DNA of 64,000 nt, taken from contig OZ252098.1 in assembly GCA_965248355.1 (NCBI GenBank), forward strand, positions 2,528,001 through 2,592,000, in the 5' to 3' direction. Source of the stretch: Candidatus Latescibacterota bacterium (lineage in GTDB: Bacteria > Latescibacterota > UBA2968 > UBA8231). A program made the position numbers and the translations under genes. Below are positions 38,377-47,895 of the stretch, piece after piece (position 1 is the stretch's first letter; every line of letters starts with the position of its first letter). The notes beneath the pieces were generated by a model that saw nothing but the letters and a program-made list of their open reading frames with translations, had not been told where the DNA came from and ran no database searches.

Positions 38377-39802
38377 GGGCAAGTCCCATTTTCAGTTGAA
38401 ACGTAGCCCAGGCTCGAGTGGATGAGTCAGCCCGTCATCGCGAGCTGTTTGAGGCCGAGTTCGGCTTGGAGCGCTTGTCGGAGCATCGGCAGGTGGTGGT
38501 AACCGTTGATCCGGCGCAGGCGAGGTTCGATGTCGAGCAACGCCGTGGCGACCCAGCGGTGACGCTGCGACGAGTTCGTCCAGCGCCGCACGTTGTGCGT
38601 CAACTGCTCCAGGAGACTGTTGACGTTCTCGATACAGTTGGTGGTACGGAAGGAGGCCTTCAGCATCGGCATCAGGCCCAGGCGGTGGAGCGTGAGGGTT
38701 TCTTGCTGGCCTTCCTCCAAGCTGCGCAGGGCCGACTGGTTCATCAACTGCAACCCCGGTTTCAGCGCCTCCAGGGCGGCTTGGGCCTCCTCGTACGTCG
38801 AGTGCCCATACGCCGCTTCCAGCTTTCGACGAACGCCGCCCTGCTCGCTCTTGGGCAGGTACGAGACCACGTTCTGGCGCTTGTGATACTGGCATCGCTG
38901 CACGCAGGCATGGCCCTGGAGCACCGACCGCACTGCCTTGTACAGGCCCTTGCCTCCATCGATCACCACGAGCAGCCCGGCCTCGTATTGCAGGCCCCGC
39001 TCGACCAACTCCGCCAGGAAGCGACGACAGACGCGCTCGTTCTCGGTCGCCGCCTGCACGAAACCCAGAGGGATCTTGTGTCCTTCCACAGTGACGCCCA
39101 GGGCGATGAGGATTTCCTCGTCGGCAAAGCTCTTGCCGTCCAGAAACAGCGCCACCAGGTCGTAGCCTTCCAGGGATCGCTGCTGGAATTCGGCCAGCTT
39201 GCGCGCCGTGCCTTTCACATACCGGCGAGAGACCGAGGAACGGGACAGACCGAAGGCTTGCGGGACGGTCTCGGCGCAGGCCTCGTAGTTGCGCGTGGCC
39301 AGGCCCTTCAGCACCCGCAACAACAGCCCCTGATCCATCTGCCTCGGCGTCTGCAGGGCCTGGTAGGCCTCCAGCGGGACCTCGGTGCCGCGGACCACAT
39401 CGCGCACGCGCGGCACCTCGACCGGCAGTTTCTGATCGCCCAGGTACACCGACCCGGCCTGCGCCCCCCAGCGGCGCAACGCCTGATCCGGCCCCTTGCG
39501 CTGATACCGAGGTCCGGCCAGGGCCTCCACGCCCCGTCGCAGCTCCTCCCCAACCGCCTGCAGCCCCAGGGGGATCAGCAGCTGGATGATCTCGATGCGA
39601 GTCTCCAGATCGTCCATCGACGCGGTGGCTTGGCGGTTCACGGGGCCGATGGTCACGGTCCGTTTGACGCCCCTTTTCCGTGCTTGTAGCTTGCTCATGG
39701 CAGGCTCCTTGGGTTACCGAATACGAGGCTTCTTGGCGATTTCTCGTATCAAACGTAACGATGGGAGCCTGTGTTATTTCAACTAAGATCGGGACAATGC
39801 CC
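38377..39802 (-). mobile_element. IS256-family insertion sequence, copy 2 (1426 bp), inverted relative to copy 1
   Basis: Same IRs and length as 17298-18723; flanks TTGCCTGC and CGTGGCGC are not a direct repeat. Confidence 0.92.
38427..39698 (-). CDS. IS256-family transposase
   Basis: 423 aa, nearly identical to 17402-18673. Confidence 0.95.
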   Translation of the reverse strand: MSKLQARKRGVKRTVTIGPVNRQATASMDDLETRIEIIQLLIPLGLQAVGEELRRGVEALAGPRYQRKGPDQALRRWGAQAGSVYLGDQKLPVEVPRVRDVVRGTEVPLEAYQALQTPRQMDQGLLLRVLKGLATRNYEACAETVPQAFGLSRSSVSRRYVKGTARKLAEFQQRSLEGYDLVALFLDGKSFADEEILIALGVTVEGHKIPLGFVQAATENERVCRRFLAELVERGLQYEAGLLVVIDGGKGLYKAVRSVLQGHACVQRCQYHKRQNVVSYLPKSEQGGVRRKLEAAYGHSTYEEAQAALEALKPGLQLMNQSALRSLEEGQQETLTLHRLGLMPMLKASFRTTNCIENVNSLLEQLTHNVRRWTNSSQRHRWVATALLDIEPRLRRINGYHHLPMLRQALQAELGLKQLAMTG

Positions 39803-40254
39803 CGTGGCGCGATTAACATAGCGTGTATTTCGGAAGGCCATATGGCGCACGCCTTTCTGGTATTGCACCTCGATGGAATCGAAGGTTCCTGTAGGATGCC
39901 AGGATTCATTGCTCGCTATCTCTCGGCCCTTCGGCATCCAGTAGCCGACGCGAGGCTCGATGAAGATGTACGCCGGGGTGGTCCGCCTCCTGTGCTACCC
40001 CACTGGTGGGGCAATCAGAAATACCTGCGGCGAATCAGCTCGTTTATTGTTCGCTGCAGGTCTGCCAAGAAATTCTCATCAATCGTGTCCGTCCACCAAT
40101 GCGCGATGTCATTCCTGTATTCAGTTAGCTCCAGTAGGGTCTTCTTGCCTGCCACGACTTTGTTGTCGTACCTAATGCTCTTCCCCTGGTACCCCAGATA
40201 CTTCCGTCCCGCCTCTACTAACGATTGCCACAACTGCAAATACTGGAGTCTCTG

Positions 40255-41108
40255 GAACCTATCTCAAAATCACTACACATAACCTTGAGTTCTGATTGCT
40301 GATGATGTACCATTACTGTATGGTTACTCTGACCGACCAGCAATGGGAACGGATCCGTCATCACTTTCCTGAGGAGCATCGCCCCGGGAGCCATCCGGGT
40401 CGTAAACCGATTGCCACCCGTGACGTTCTTGAAGCTGTGCTTTGGATTCTCAATACCGGGGCTCAATGGCATATGTTGCCGCAGTGCTATCCGAACTACA
40501 AAACCGTGCATCGCCGTTTTCAAAATTGGTGTCGTCAAGGGGTGTTACGCGAAGTTCTCGTGGACCTGGCCCAGACTCTTCACGAGCAAGGGGACTTGGA
40601 CGAATCGGAAGCTTTCATTGATGGCATGTTCTCGGCGGCCAAGGGTGGAGGTGCCGATATCGGCCACACCAAGCGAGGCAAGGGCGTACGAGTCATGGGG
40701 ATCGTGGACCGCCATGGGCTTCCCTTGTCGGTGAGCACGCATGCAGCGAACCATCATGAAGTGACGCTGGTTCAGTTGACGTTTGACTTCTACCTGATCG
40801 AAGACAAACCCAAGAACTTGATTGGAGACAAAGCCTACGACAGCGACCCGTTAGATGAGGAGCTGAAGAAAGAAGGGGTCGAGATGATCGCTCCCCATCG
40901 CCAGAACCGAACCAAGAAAAAGACTCAGGACGGACGCCGATTGCGTCGCTATGTGCGGCGTTGGATGGTGGAGAGATTCTTCGCTTGGCTTCAATGGCAG
41001 CGTCGAGTGATCACTCGCTGGGAATTGTATCCGGAGAATTTTCTTGGCTTCGTCCAACTTGCCTCCATCCTGATTTTACTTAAGCAATTTCAATTTTGAG
41101 ATAGGTTC
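40255..41108 (+). mobile_element. IS5-family insertion sequence
   Basis: Perfect 16-bp IRs GAACCTATCTCAAAAT (40255-40270, 41093-41108); TG duplicated on both sides. Confidence 0.9.
40320..41099 (+). CDS. IS5-family transposase
   Basis: LTDQQWERI, TGAQWHMLP, IGDKAYDS, RWMVERFFAWL. Confidence 0.92.
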   Translation: MVTLTDQQWERIRHHFPEEHRPGSHPGRKPIATRDVLEAVLWILNTGAQWHMLPQCYPNYKTVHRRFQNWCRQGVLREVLVDLAQTLHEQGDLDESEAFIDGMFSAAKGGGADIGHTKRGKGVRVMGIVDRHGLPLSVSTHAANHHEVTLVQLTFDFYLIEDKPKNLIGDKAYDSDPLDEELKKEGVEMIAPHRQNRTKKKTQDGRRLRRYVRRWMVERFFAWLQWQRRVITRWELYPENFLGFVQLASILILLKQFQF

Positions 41109-41378
41109 TGGTAAGCATCGTCCTTGTACTCGTCTCTGTACATCGAATTGACTAGCAACGCCATGTGGGGAGCACCGATGTCCTGTTGCATAGCAGCAAT
41201 AGCCTTGTTTATCTCGGATGCCCTGCTTCTGTATGCTGCGGTATCCATCACCGTCGCTGTGCTTCCCCTCATCGACATAGTAGGTCGCAGCATCTCAACG
41301 AACCGGCCGTCGTCTGTCACAAGGCCATTCTGATCTATGTATTTGCGTATCGGGTCTGACGTCTGCTGACCGGCACGG

Positions 41379-42774
41379 GAGGTCGTGTCAAAAGGTGTGT
41401 AAACGAGATCAGGCGGCCCTCTTGTTCCCTTCCCTGGTAGAGGCGTCCTCTTGGATCGGTTTTCCGTCCTGGTATCTCCGACCGGCGTAGACCGCCGGCA
41501 GGAGCTCGGGCGCGTTGAGCTTGCGGAATCGTGTCTCGGCCACCCTCAGCAGGCGCCAGATGAGGGCGGTGGCCCCCTGGACTCGCTTGTAGCGCTTGCC
41601 CGCGTTGGTCCGCAGACGGACCGAGGCAAAGGGGCTCTCCACCGGGTTCGTCGTTCGCAGATGTTTCCAGTGCGCCTCCGGGAAATCGTAAAACGTGACC
41701 ATGCGATCCCAGTCGCGCTCGAGGGTGGCCGCCGCGGCCGGATAGGCCTCGCCGTAGCGAGCCACGAAGCGATCGCGTCGTCTCTGGGCTTGCTGACGGG
41801 TCTTGGCCGTGGGGATCTGCGTCAGCAGCGCCCGGGCGGCGCCCTGCACGCGCTTGGGCAGGTCGTCGAGGACGTTGAGGATCTTGTGATTCCAGCAGCG
41901 CTGCTGCGCGGCCTCGGGCCAGACCTGGTCGACGGCGCTCCAGATCGGCAGGCCGCCATCGGCCAGCATCAGGCGCGGCGCCGGCAGCCCGCGGTCGCGA
42001 AGATCGCGCAGCACGGCTCGCCACGACTCGGTGGACTCGCGATGGCCGGGCCGTATCGCCAGGATCTCCTTGCGGCCGTCGCTCAGGGCCCCGATGACGA
42101 CCAGCAACGCCGCCTTGTCCTTCTCCAGGCCGGCCTTCACGTAGATGCCGTCGGCCCAGGCGTAGACCAACTCCCGGTCGTCCAGGCGCCGCTGCTGCCA
42201 GGTCTCGAACTGCTCTTCCCACGTGGCCCGCAGACGGGCGATGGACGAGGGCGACAGGGGCGCCCCGTCGCCCAGCAGGCCCCGCAAGGCCAGCTCGAAG
42301 TCGCCCTGCGACAGCCCGTGCAGGTAGAGTTCGGGCAGCAGCCGGGTCACCTCCTGCGTGCGTCGCTGGAACAGCGGCAGGATGCGGCTCTCAAAGCGCT
42401 CCTCCAGGCCTCGAATCCGCGGCCGTCTCACCTCGATGGGGCCCGACATCAGCGCCAGCCGCCGCGGCTTGCCGTAGCCGTTGCGCGAGCCCGGGGCGTC
42501 CACCGCCGACCGGCGCGCATACCGCGTACGCCCGAGCGCTTCGGTCACCTCCTCCTCCAGGATCCGCTGCAGCAGGTCCTGGATCCAGCCCCGGACCCAT
42601 CCTTCCAAGGTCTCCCAGGTGGGCATGGACGCGCGGGGGATCTCCAACATAGATTCCTTCACGGCGACTCTCTCCTTCCAAGCCCGGCGTCATCCGGGCG
42701 GTTTGTGGTGTGCTGCTAAAATAGGAAGGGTAGGGTCGCCTTTTCTCTTTTTCCACACCTTTCGATAGTAGCTC
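41379..42774 (-). mobile_element. Second, distinct IS256-family element
   Basis: Imperfect IRs GAGGTCGTGTCAAAAGGTGTGTAAA / GAGCTACTATCGAAAGGTGTGGAAA; 8-bp direct repeat CGGCACGG (41371-41378, 42775-42782). Confidence 0.92.
41409..42662 (-). CDS. IS256-family transposase
   Basis: RNGY, WADGIY, LADG, QRCWNHK, RTTNPVES. Confidence 0.95.
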   Translation of the reverse strand: MKESMLEIPRASMPTWETLEGWVRGWIQDLLQRILEEEVTEALGRTRYARRSAVDAPGSRNGYGKPRRLALMSGPIEVRRPRIRGLEERFESRILPLFQRRTQEVTRLLPELYLHGLSQGDFELALRGLLGDGAPLSPSSIARLRATWEEQFETWQQRRLDDRELVYAWADGIYVKAGLEKDKAALLVVIGALSDGRKEILAIRPGHRESTESWRAVLRDLRDRGLPAPRLMLADGGLPIWSAVDQVWPEAAQQRCWNHKILNVLDDLPKRVQGAARALLTQIPTAKTRQQAQRRRDRFVARYGEAYPAAAATLERDWDRMVTFYDFPEAHWKHLRTTNPVESPFASVRLRTNAGKRYKRVQGATALIWRLLRVAETRFRKLNAPELLPAVYAGRRYQDGKPIQEDASTREGNKRAA

Positions 42775-43672
42775 CGGCACGGACGCCAGCCAGTATCATG
42801 TTTACCAACTGTTGATTGTTGGGCAGTTCCGGCCACGCTCCGCCAGTGGTTGCCCAAGCAATTATGAACTGCTCGCCTTCCCTACCGCCGATCAATATGG
42901 GTACCTTTTCGCCATCTCGCACGGCTATCTCGTCCGAAATACTGCATTCACCCTTGACCATCTCTACTGGCGTCAACTGGTTAAGCTCCTCGATCACCAA
43001 GAACACCGGTACTCGGCCCTTTTGTTGCGATTTGATCTTCTCTTCGGTCTCCCCGGCCACGTGCCGCAAGCTAGGGCTGATGGCGTAATGCTTACTACTC
43101 GTTGACTTTACGAAGTAGTCCACTAGATTTGACGCGACACACGCTTGAACCGAGGGCGACGCATAAATCGTGTGGTGAGGTTCGTCACCGTTCGGACGGA
43201 AATCGATCCCTGGAAACTCGAAGATTTGTGTTCGGCAATACCCACTGATTGTGCAGCAAAACTCCCTACCTCCCATGCCCTCGTACATTTGCCGCACCCC
43301 AAATAGCGTAAAGTTCGCTTCCGGAGCAGCTGGTTCCAGAGACTTCTGACGGTCCACTACTGGTCGATACTTGCTGGTCATTGTGAATGTACTCCTCTTT
43401 GAGTGGCCATTCCGCCTTCAGGCTTTGCCTGCCGTGCCGCGCAAGTGCAGCAACGGCCACCTGATAGAGGGTTAATGGGCGCGTCCCTTGTTAGCCAACA
43501 ATGCCCCCACTGCCTCCTCGACGGCCTTGCCCTCCGCCTTCTCTCGCAGCCATTTCCGGATCTCCCGCCGGGCGACGGTGACCGTCACCTCGCCCCGATC
43601 TTGGTGTAGCTGGGTCAGCTGCTTGGCCGCCCCCAATGCCGCCACTTCTTCCCCGGCTTCCGACACCCGGAA

Positions 43673-44302
43673 GTATAGGAAAAATGAGGCACCCTTTTGG
43701 ACTCTCGGTCAAGGCGCTGAGCGCACCGCAAGGGTCCGGCAGCTCCCTGAGGATCGTTTTGCCAGTCCTTCGACCGAGCTCGCAGTACAGTTGGTTGCCT
43801 GTGGGCCGGTATCCGGATCAATCGGGGGCCTGAGGGACCGTTGAGGTCACACCCCGCCGTACGCCCGGCGATGGCGACGGGTCGACAAGGCAGGTCAGGC
43901 GGCGAACTCGAACAGTGGCTCAGGCGGGGCCCTCGGCGGGGGCATCGCCGGCAGCCCTACCCCCTCCAGATAGGTCCGGATCGAGGGCGGATCGGTCAGG
44001 GCGGCGATGATTCTCAGGCGACCGCCACAGGCCGTGCATTCGCTGAGGTCGGAGGAAAACACCCGCGCCAGCAGGGTCGCCCAGCGCAGCCGATGGCCGC
44101 AGGAGGCAGCGCTCGCCTCGCCGTCCGCCGCCGCCGGCTCGGCAACCGGCTTGGCCGGCACGATGCGGTCGCGGGCCCGGGGCGCCAGGACCCCGTGGTA
44201 GCGTAGGAGATGAAACCGGGGCGGGGGAACCAGAGCCGCCAGCTTCTCCAGCAGTTTCATCGGAGAGAGCAGGAGATGGCTGGTCCCATCCGACCACGAC
44301 AA
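43673..44302 (-). mobile_element. IS91/ISCR-like rolling-circle element remnant (transposase C-terminus plus oriIS-like end)
   Basis: 43895-44302 encodes LVPPPRFHLLRYHGVLAP...CTACGGRLRIIA; minus-strand TTTTTCCTATAC at 43673-43684 resembles oriIS. Confidence 0.75.
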
Positions 44303-44429
44303 AAAGGCGCTTTATTAACGCCTATACGTTCCGTGTCGTGAGGGCATCATCGGGCTTCTGACATTCTGACTGGTGGACAATATTCGCGTCCAGCCGCTTC
44401 TGGCTTCGGGCGCATTGGGCGCCAGGAGC

Positions 44430-46067
44430 TCACAGTTTGTTCGAGGGCCATGCAAAAGGGTGCCGGCCGTCGTGCCCGTACGTGAAGAGCGCTGTCCGCC
44501 TCGGTGACTCAGCCTCCCAGCGGTACGCCCCGTGACAGACCGTTCCTCCCAAAAAGAAGAGAACAGACCCGCGACGCATTGGAATGTGACGGATCGGCGC
44601 GCGCTCGTTGCAGGTCCGCACCGAATGCGGCAAGGGGTAACACGACTTGTGACTGCCCGGCACTACGACGAATCCACCATCGTCGGGCCCGACGTCGGAG
44701 AGCTGCCAGGCGACGTTGATGCCCGACCTCGTGTGCACGCGCCCGTTTGCCATCTCGTAGTGCTTGCCGATGCAGGTCGGGTTGGCGTTCCCCGAGTGCA
44801 GCATCTGCCCGCTCGAGCCTTTGACGTGGCACAGGGCCGTGTTCTGAGTTACCCTGTACCCCGGTCCAATCATCCAGTTCAGGTGCTGGATGAGGGCCGG
44901 ATGCGCCAGCATTTTGAGGAAAGGTGCATTGTGCGGCGCCGGCAGCTGAAGCAAGTCCTTCAGGTCCGGCCGGCCCGTGCCCGAGATCGTCGGCGCCCCG
45001 GGGATGTCGGCAAGCGTCACGTCCCCGCCCAGCTTGTTGTCGCCTACGCCCCGGTACACCAGGCGGTCGAGGTTGGCGTCGATGCCCGCCGCGGCCGCAT
45101 CGACCCAATCATCGTCCATGACGCCCTCGATCAACAGGAAGCCCTGGGTGTCAAACGCCCAGCGCTCGGCATGATCATCTCGGCCTTCGAACTCGAGGGC
45201 CGAGGAGGCCCTCTGCGCCGCGTCGGCATCGTCGGCGGAGGTGAGCCAGGTGGTCGTGCCGTCCGACAGGAGCAGGCGCCGCGAGCCACCGCCCGCCAGC
45301 ACGGTTCGCTCGGCCTCGCCCAGCTCTTCCGCCCATGCGGGCAGGGGCTGCTCGTCCTGCTCGTCAGGTGGCCCCTGTGGCCGAGCCGCGCGCGAGATGA
45401 AATCTACCACGAGCAGCTCGCCGCCATCGCCCTGCGGGCAGACCCCGTGCAGCGTGCTGGCGGCGCACAGCAGCACGTCGCCCGCCGCCAGCGCCGGGCG
45501 CTCGGCGAAGCGGCTGGAGGATGGAAACGGTGGGGCCGGCAGCCCGCTCTTGTGCGAGGAGGGCACGACCACCAGCGGGCACTTGCCTTCTGCGGAGTCC
45601 GTGAGGGCGATGGCCCCCACCAGCCCCTGGCACTGCCGGATGCGGACCTCTTCCCAAGAGCCGCCGGCTCGCGTGAGCGGGGTTCCGTCGGCGTTGCGGC
45701 CATTCCACCCCGCCAGGTTGATGTACGCCCGGTCCAGCGTGTGCGCCCCGCCTGCCAGTGGCAGCGAGGCTTCGTCGTACCCTCCTGCGGCGGCGGCAGG
45801 GACGTGCCTCGCAGGGCCGTCCTGGCGAAAGCCATCGCCGCACAGTTCGCGCACGTAGCGTCCGACGGCGCCGGCCTCGCTGCAGAGATCGCCCAGCCCA
45901 TCGCCGCTGTCGCGGCACGCGGACAGCTCGGCTTGGCTGAGGAGTTGCGGCAGCACGAGGAACCCGAGCGCGTCGAAGGTGAAGTTCTGCTCTATGGTAA
46001 GGATCGATGGCTCGTGCACGTGCGTCGCCTCGTTCCAGTGGTTCACGGTGTAGCTGTCGATGCTCAT
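44430..46067 (-). CDS. Tandem two-domain PhyH-like dioxygenase
   Basis: Two repeats of FD(A/T)xGFL...VVP(S/G)SHKS...HG. Confidence 0.8.
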   Translation of the reverse strand: MSIDSYTVNHWNEATHVHEPSILTIEQNFTFDALGFLVLPQLLSQAELSACRDSGDGLGDLCSEAGAVGRYVRELCGDGFRQDGPARHVPAAAAGGYDEASLPLAGGAHTLDRAYINLAGWNGRNADGTPLTRAGGSWEEVRIRQCQGLVGAIALTDSAEGKCPLVVVPSSHKSGLPAPPFPSSSRFAERPALAAGDVLLCAASTLHGVCPQGDGGELLVVDFISRAARPQGPPDEQDEQPLPAWAEELGEAERTVLAGGGSRRLLLSDGTTTWLTSADDADAAQRASSALEFEGRDDHAERWAFDTQGFLLIEGVMDDDWVDAAAAGIDANLDRLVYRGVGDNKLGGDVTLADIPGAPTISGTGRPDLKDLLQLPAPHNAPFLKMLAHPALIQHLNWMIGPGYRVTQNTALCHVKGSSGQMLHSGNANPTCIGKHYEMANGRVHTRSGINVAWQLSDVGPDDGGFVVVPGSHKSCYPLPHSVRTCNERAPIRHIPMRRGSVLFFLGGTVCHGAYRWEAESPRRTALFTYGHDGRHPFAWPSNKL

Positions 46068-46476
46068 AGTCAGACCTCGATGGATTCTGGAGGGTGGATG
46101 GTGTTTTCTGGCATCATCCGCGGCTATGCTACCTGCCGAAAACATCGCTACGGCGGCAAACTAAACAAATTGCGCGTATCTCACAACTACGGTTCCTATT
46201 GAGTAAACTTCAGGAGTAAGCGGTTGGCGGGCGCCGTACGCACTCCGGTGGCCGGATCTTTCGGGACCCGGCGTAGCGTTGGCCGGCGCGTACCCAGGTG
46301 GCGGGCTTGATCTCGTCCCAGTGTTCGATCTTGGCGGTGCGGATGCACTTGCCATCGAGTACGTAGCTCGGGCGTCCATGCATGGCCCTGCTCTACCGTG
46401 TGGCCGGAGACGTTGACGCCGACCCACCGAACCTGCACGCCGCAAATTCCTCCAGTCACTTCCGTCACCGTGGCCG

Positions 46477-47298
46477 TCACGGCTGGGCCTCCCGCGATTC
46501 GAGTGGCAGAGCGTGGCCGAGGTTGGCGGCGAGCAAGGCCCCTTCGCGGAAGTCCTCAGAGTGGTAGAAGGCCCACAGGGCCGCCTCGATTGTTTCCACC
46601 ACATAGAACCCGCCCCGTATGTCCGGAGGCTGGCGATGCTTGAACGAGCCTTCGGCAATGGCGGCGATCTTCCCCGTCAGCGGCCCTCGCTCCCACAGCC
46701 CCTCTACCGGACAGTAGGAGGGCGAGAGGAGGGTCTTCTTCTCGACGCCCCGCAGCGCGTCGACGAGCAGGCCAGCGTAGTAGCGGCAGGCGTCGACCGC
46801 CTCCTGCGCCCCGTGCGTCGTCCGGGAACTGTCGGCGGCCATGCGGATGGGTCCTTCGGCGTCTCCCGCGAAGTACATCGGCACGGGCGCCAGGCGCATC
46901 AGCGAACCGTTACCGGCGGTCTGTGGGTCGGTGGACCCCGCATAGGAGTCGCCACGCGATTCGAAGCGTGACAACGCTGTCCTCACGGTAGTCCCGATAT
47001 CGAAGCATCGCCCGGTCGAGGAGAGGTATCCCTCCTTCCACCAGCGCACGTACCGCTGCATCTGGTCGGTGGCGTCGAACCCGCCCCGCTCGACCAAACT
47101 TGTAGCCAGACAGAGCGCCATCGACGTGTCGTCCGTCCACTGGCCGGGCCTCAGACCGAAGGGCCCGCCTCCGACCATGTCGTCGATGGGCTCGAACGTG
47201 CCTGGCTGCTCGAACTCCAGCGTCGTTCCCAGCGCATCACCGGCCGCAAGGCCCAGCAGGCAGCCCCGGAAGCGGTCCCGCGTTGAGGGCTCGCTCAT
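46477..47298 (-). pseudogene. ADP-ribosylglycohydrolase (DraG/ARH), C-terminally truncated
   Basis: GLAAGDALG, WTDDT, GNGSLMR, SRTTH; breaks after AANLG, before the expected DxDT motif. Confidence 0.85.
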
Positions 47299-47846
47299 GC
47301 GGCGCCTCCCGTCGATGGCTCGGTCCAGTTGCGGACGTACTCGAACTGCTCAGCCGTTTCGGGCGACTCCGGCCGGCGCCAAGCCTTCTCCACGCCCCGC
47401 CACCACTCGGCGACCTGGGCCAGCGCCTCTTCCCCCGTGCGCCCGTGCCGGACAAGCCAGCAGCCGACCACGGTGCCCGTCCGGCCAATTCCACCCCAGC
47501 AGTGGACATACACGGTCCTACCCTCCTCAAGGGCCGCGTCAATGGCGTCGAGGATTACGGCCATCTCGTGGCGGGCGCGCGGTACCTGCACGTCGCGGAT
47601 GGGATACCGCTTGTGCTCCACCCACAGCCCCAGCCGCGTGGCTTCCTCTACTGCAATCCCGGCGTACGGGGCCAACTCGTGCGGCTCCGTCAGGTCGACG
47701 AAGTGGTCGATGCCGGCGCTCATGAGAGCCCGCAGCTTGTCGGCTGCATCCCCGCGGTTCTTGGCGCCCGGGTACTCGCCCGCCGCGAAGCGACCGGACA
47801 CGACCCAGTAGGTGTTCGAGGGACGGTCGATTCCTGATGTGCTCAT
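47295..47846 (-). CDS. Cys-dependent dual-specificity/tyrosine phosphatase
   Basis: AAGEYPG, PIRD, HCWGGIGRT (CX5R), SPETAEQ. Confidence 0.92.
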   Translation of the reverse strand: MSTSGIDRPSNTYWVVSGRFAAGEYPGAKNRGDAADKLRALMSAGIDHFVDLTEPHELAPYAGIAVEEATRLGLWVEHKRYPIRDVQVPRARHEMAVILDAIDAALEEGRTVYVHCWGGIGRTGTVVGCWLVRHGRTGEEALAQVAEWWRGVEKAWRRPESPETAEQFEYVRNWTEPSTGGAA

Positions 47847-47895
47847 GCGGAGATGAACGTAGGAACCCTGGACCCCAAGACCGTCCGTGCGGCTA

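Larger units (their letters stand above)
40015..43381 (-). pseudogene. HEPN-motif protein gene split into three pieces by two IS elements
   Basis: Joining 43381-42775, 41370-41109 and 40252-40015 gives a 1107-nt in-frame ORF (368 aa) with RNDIAH near the C-terminus. Confidence 0.8.

Noticed and set aside
17298..39802. Composite transposon bounded by the two IS256 copies
   Set aside because: Copy 1 has its own target duplication, the outer flanks do not match, and the enclosed genes look like native chromosome.
43472..43666. Small ORF between the IS91 remnant and the HEPN gene
   Set aside because: Short, with no motif; probably a gene fragment cut by the IS91 end.
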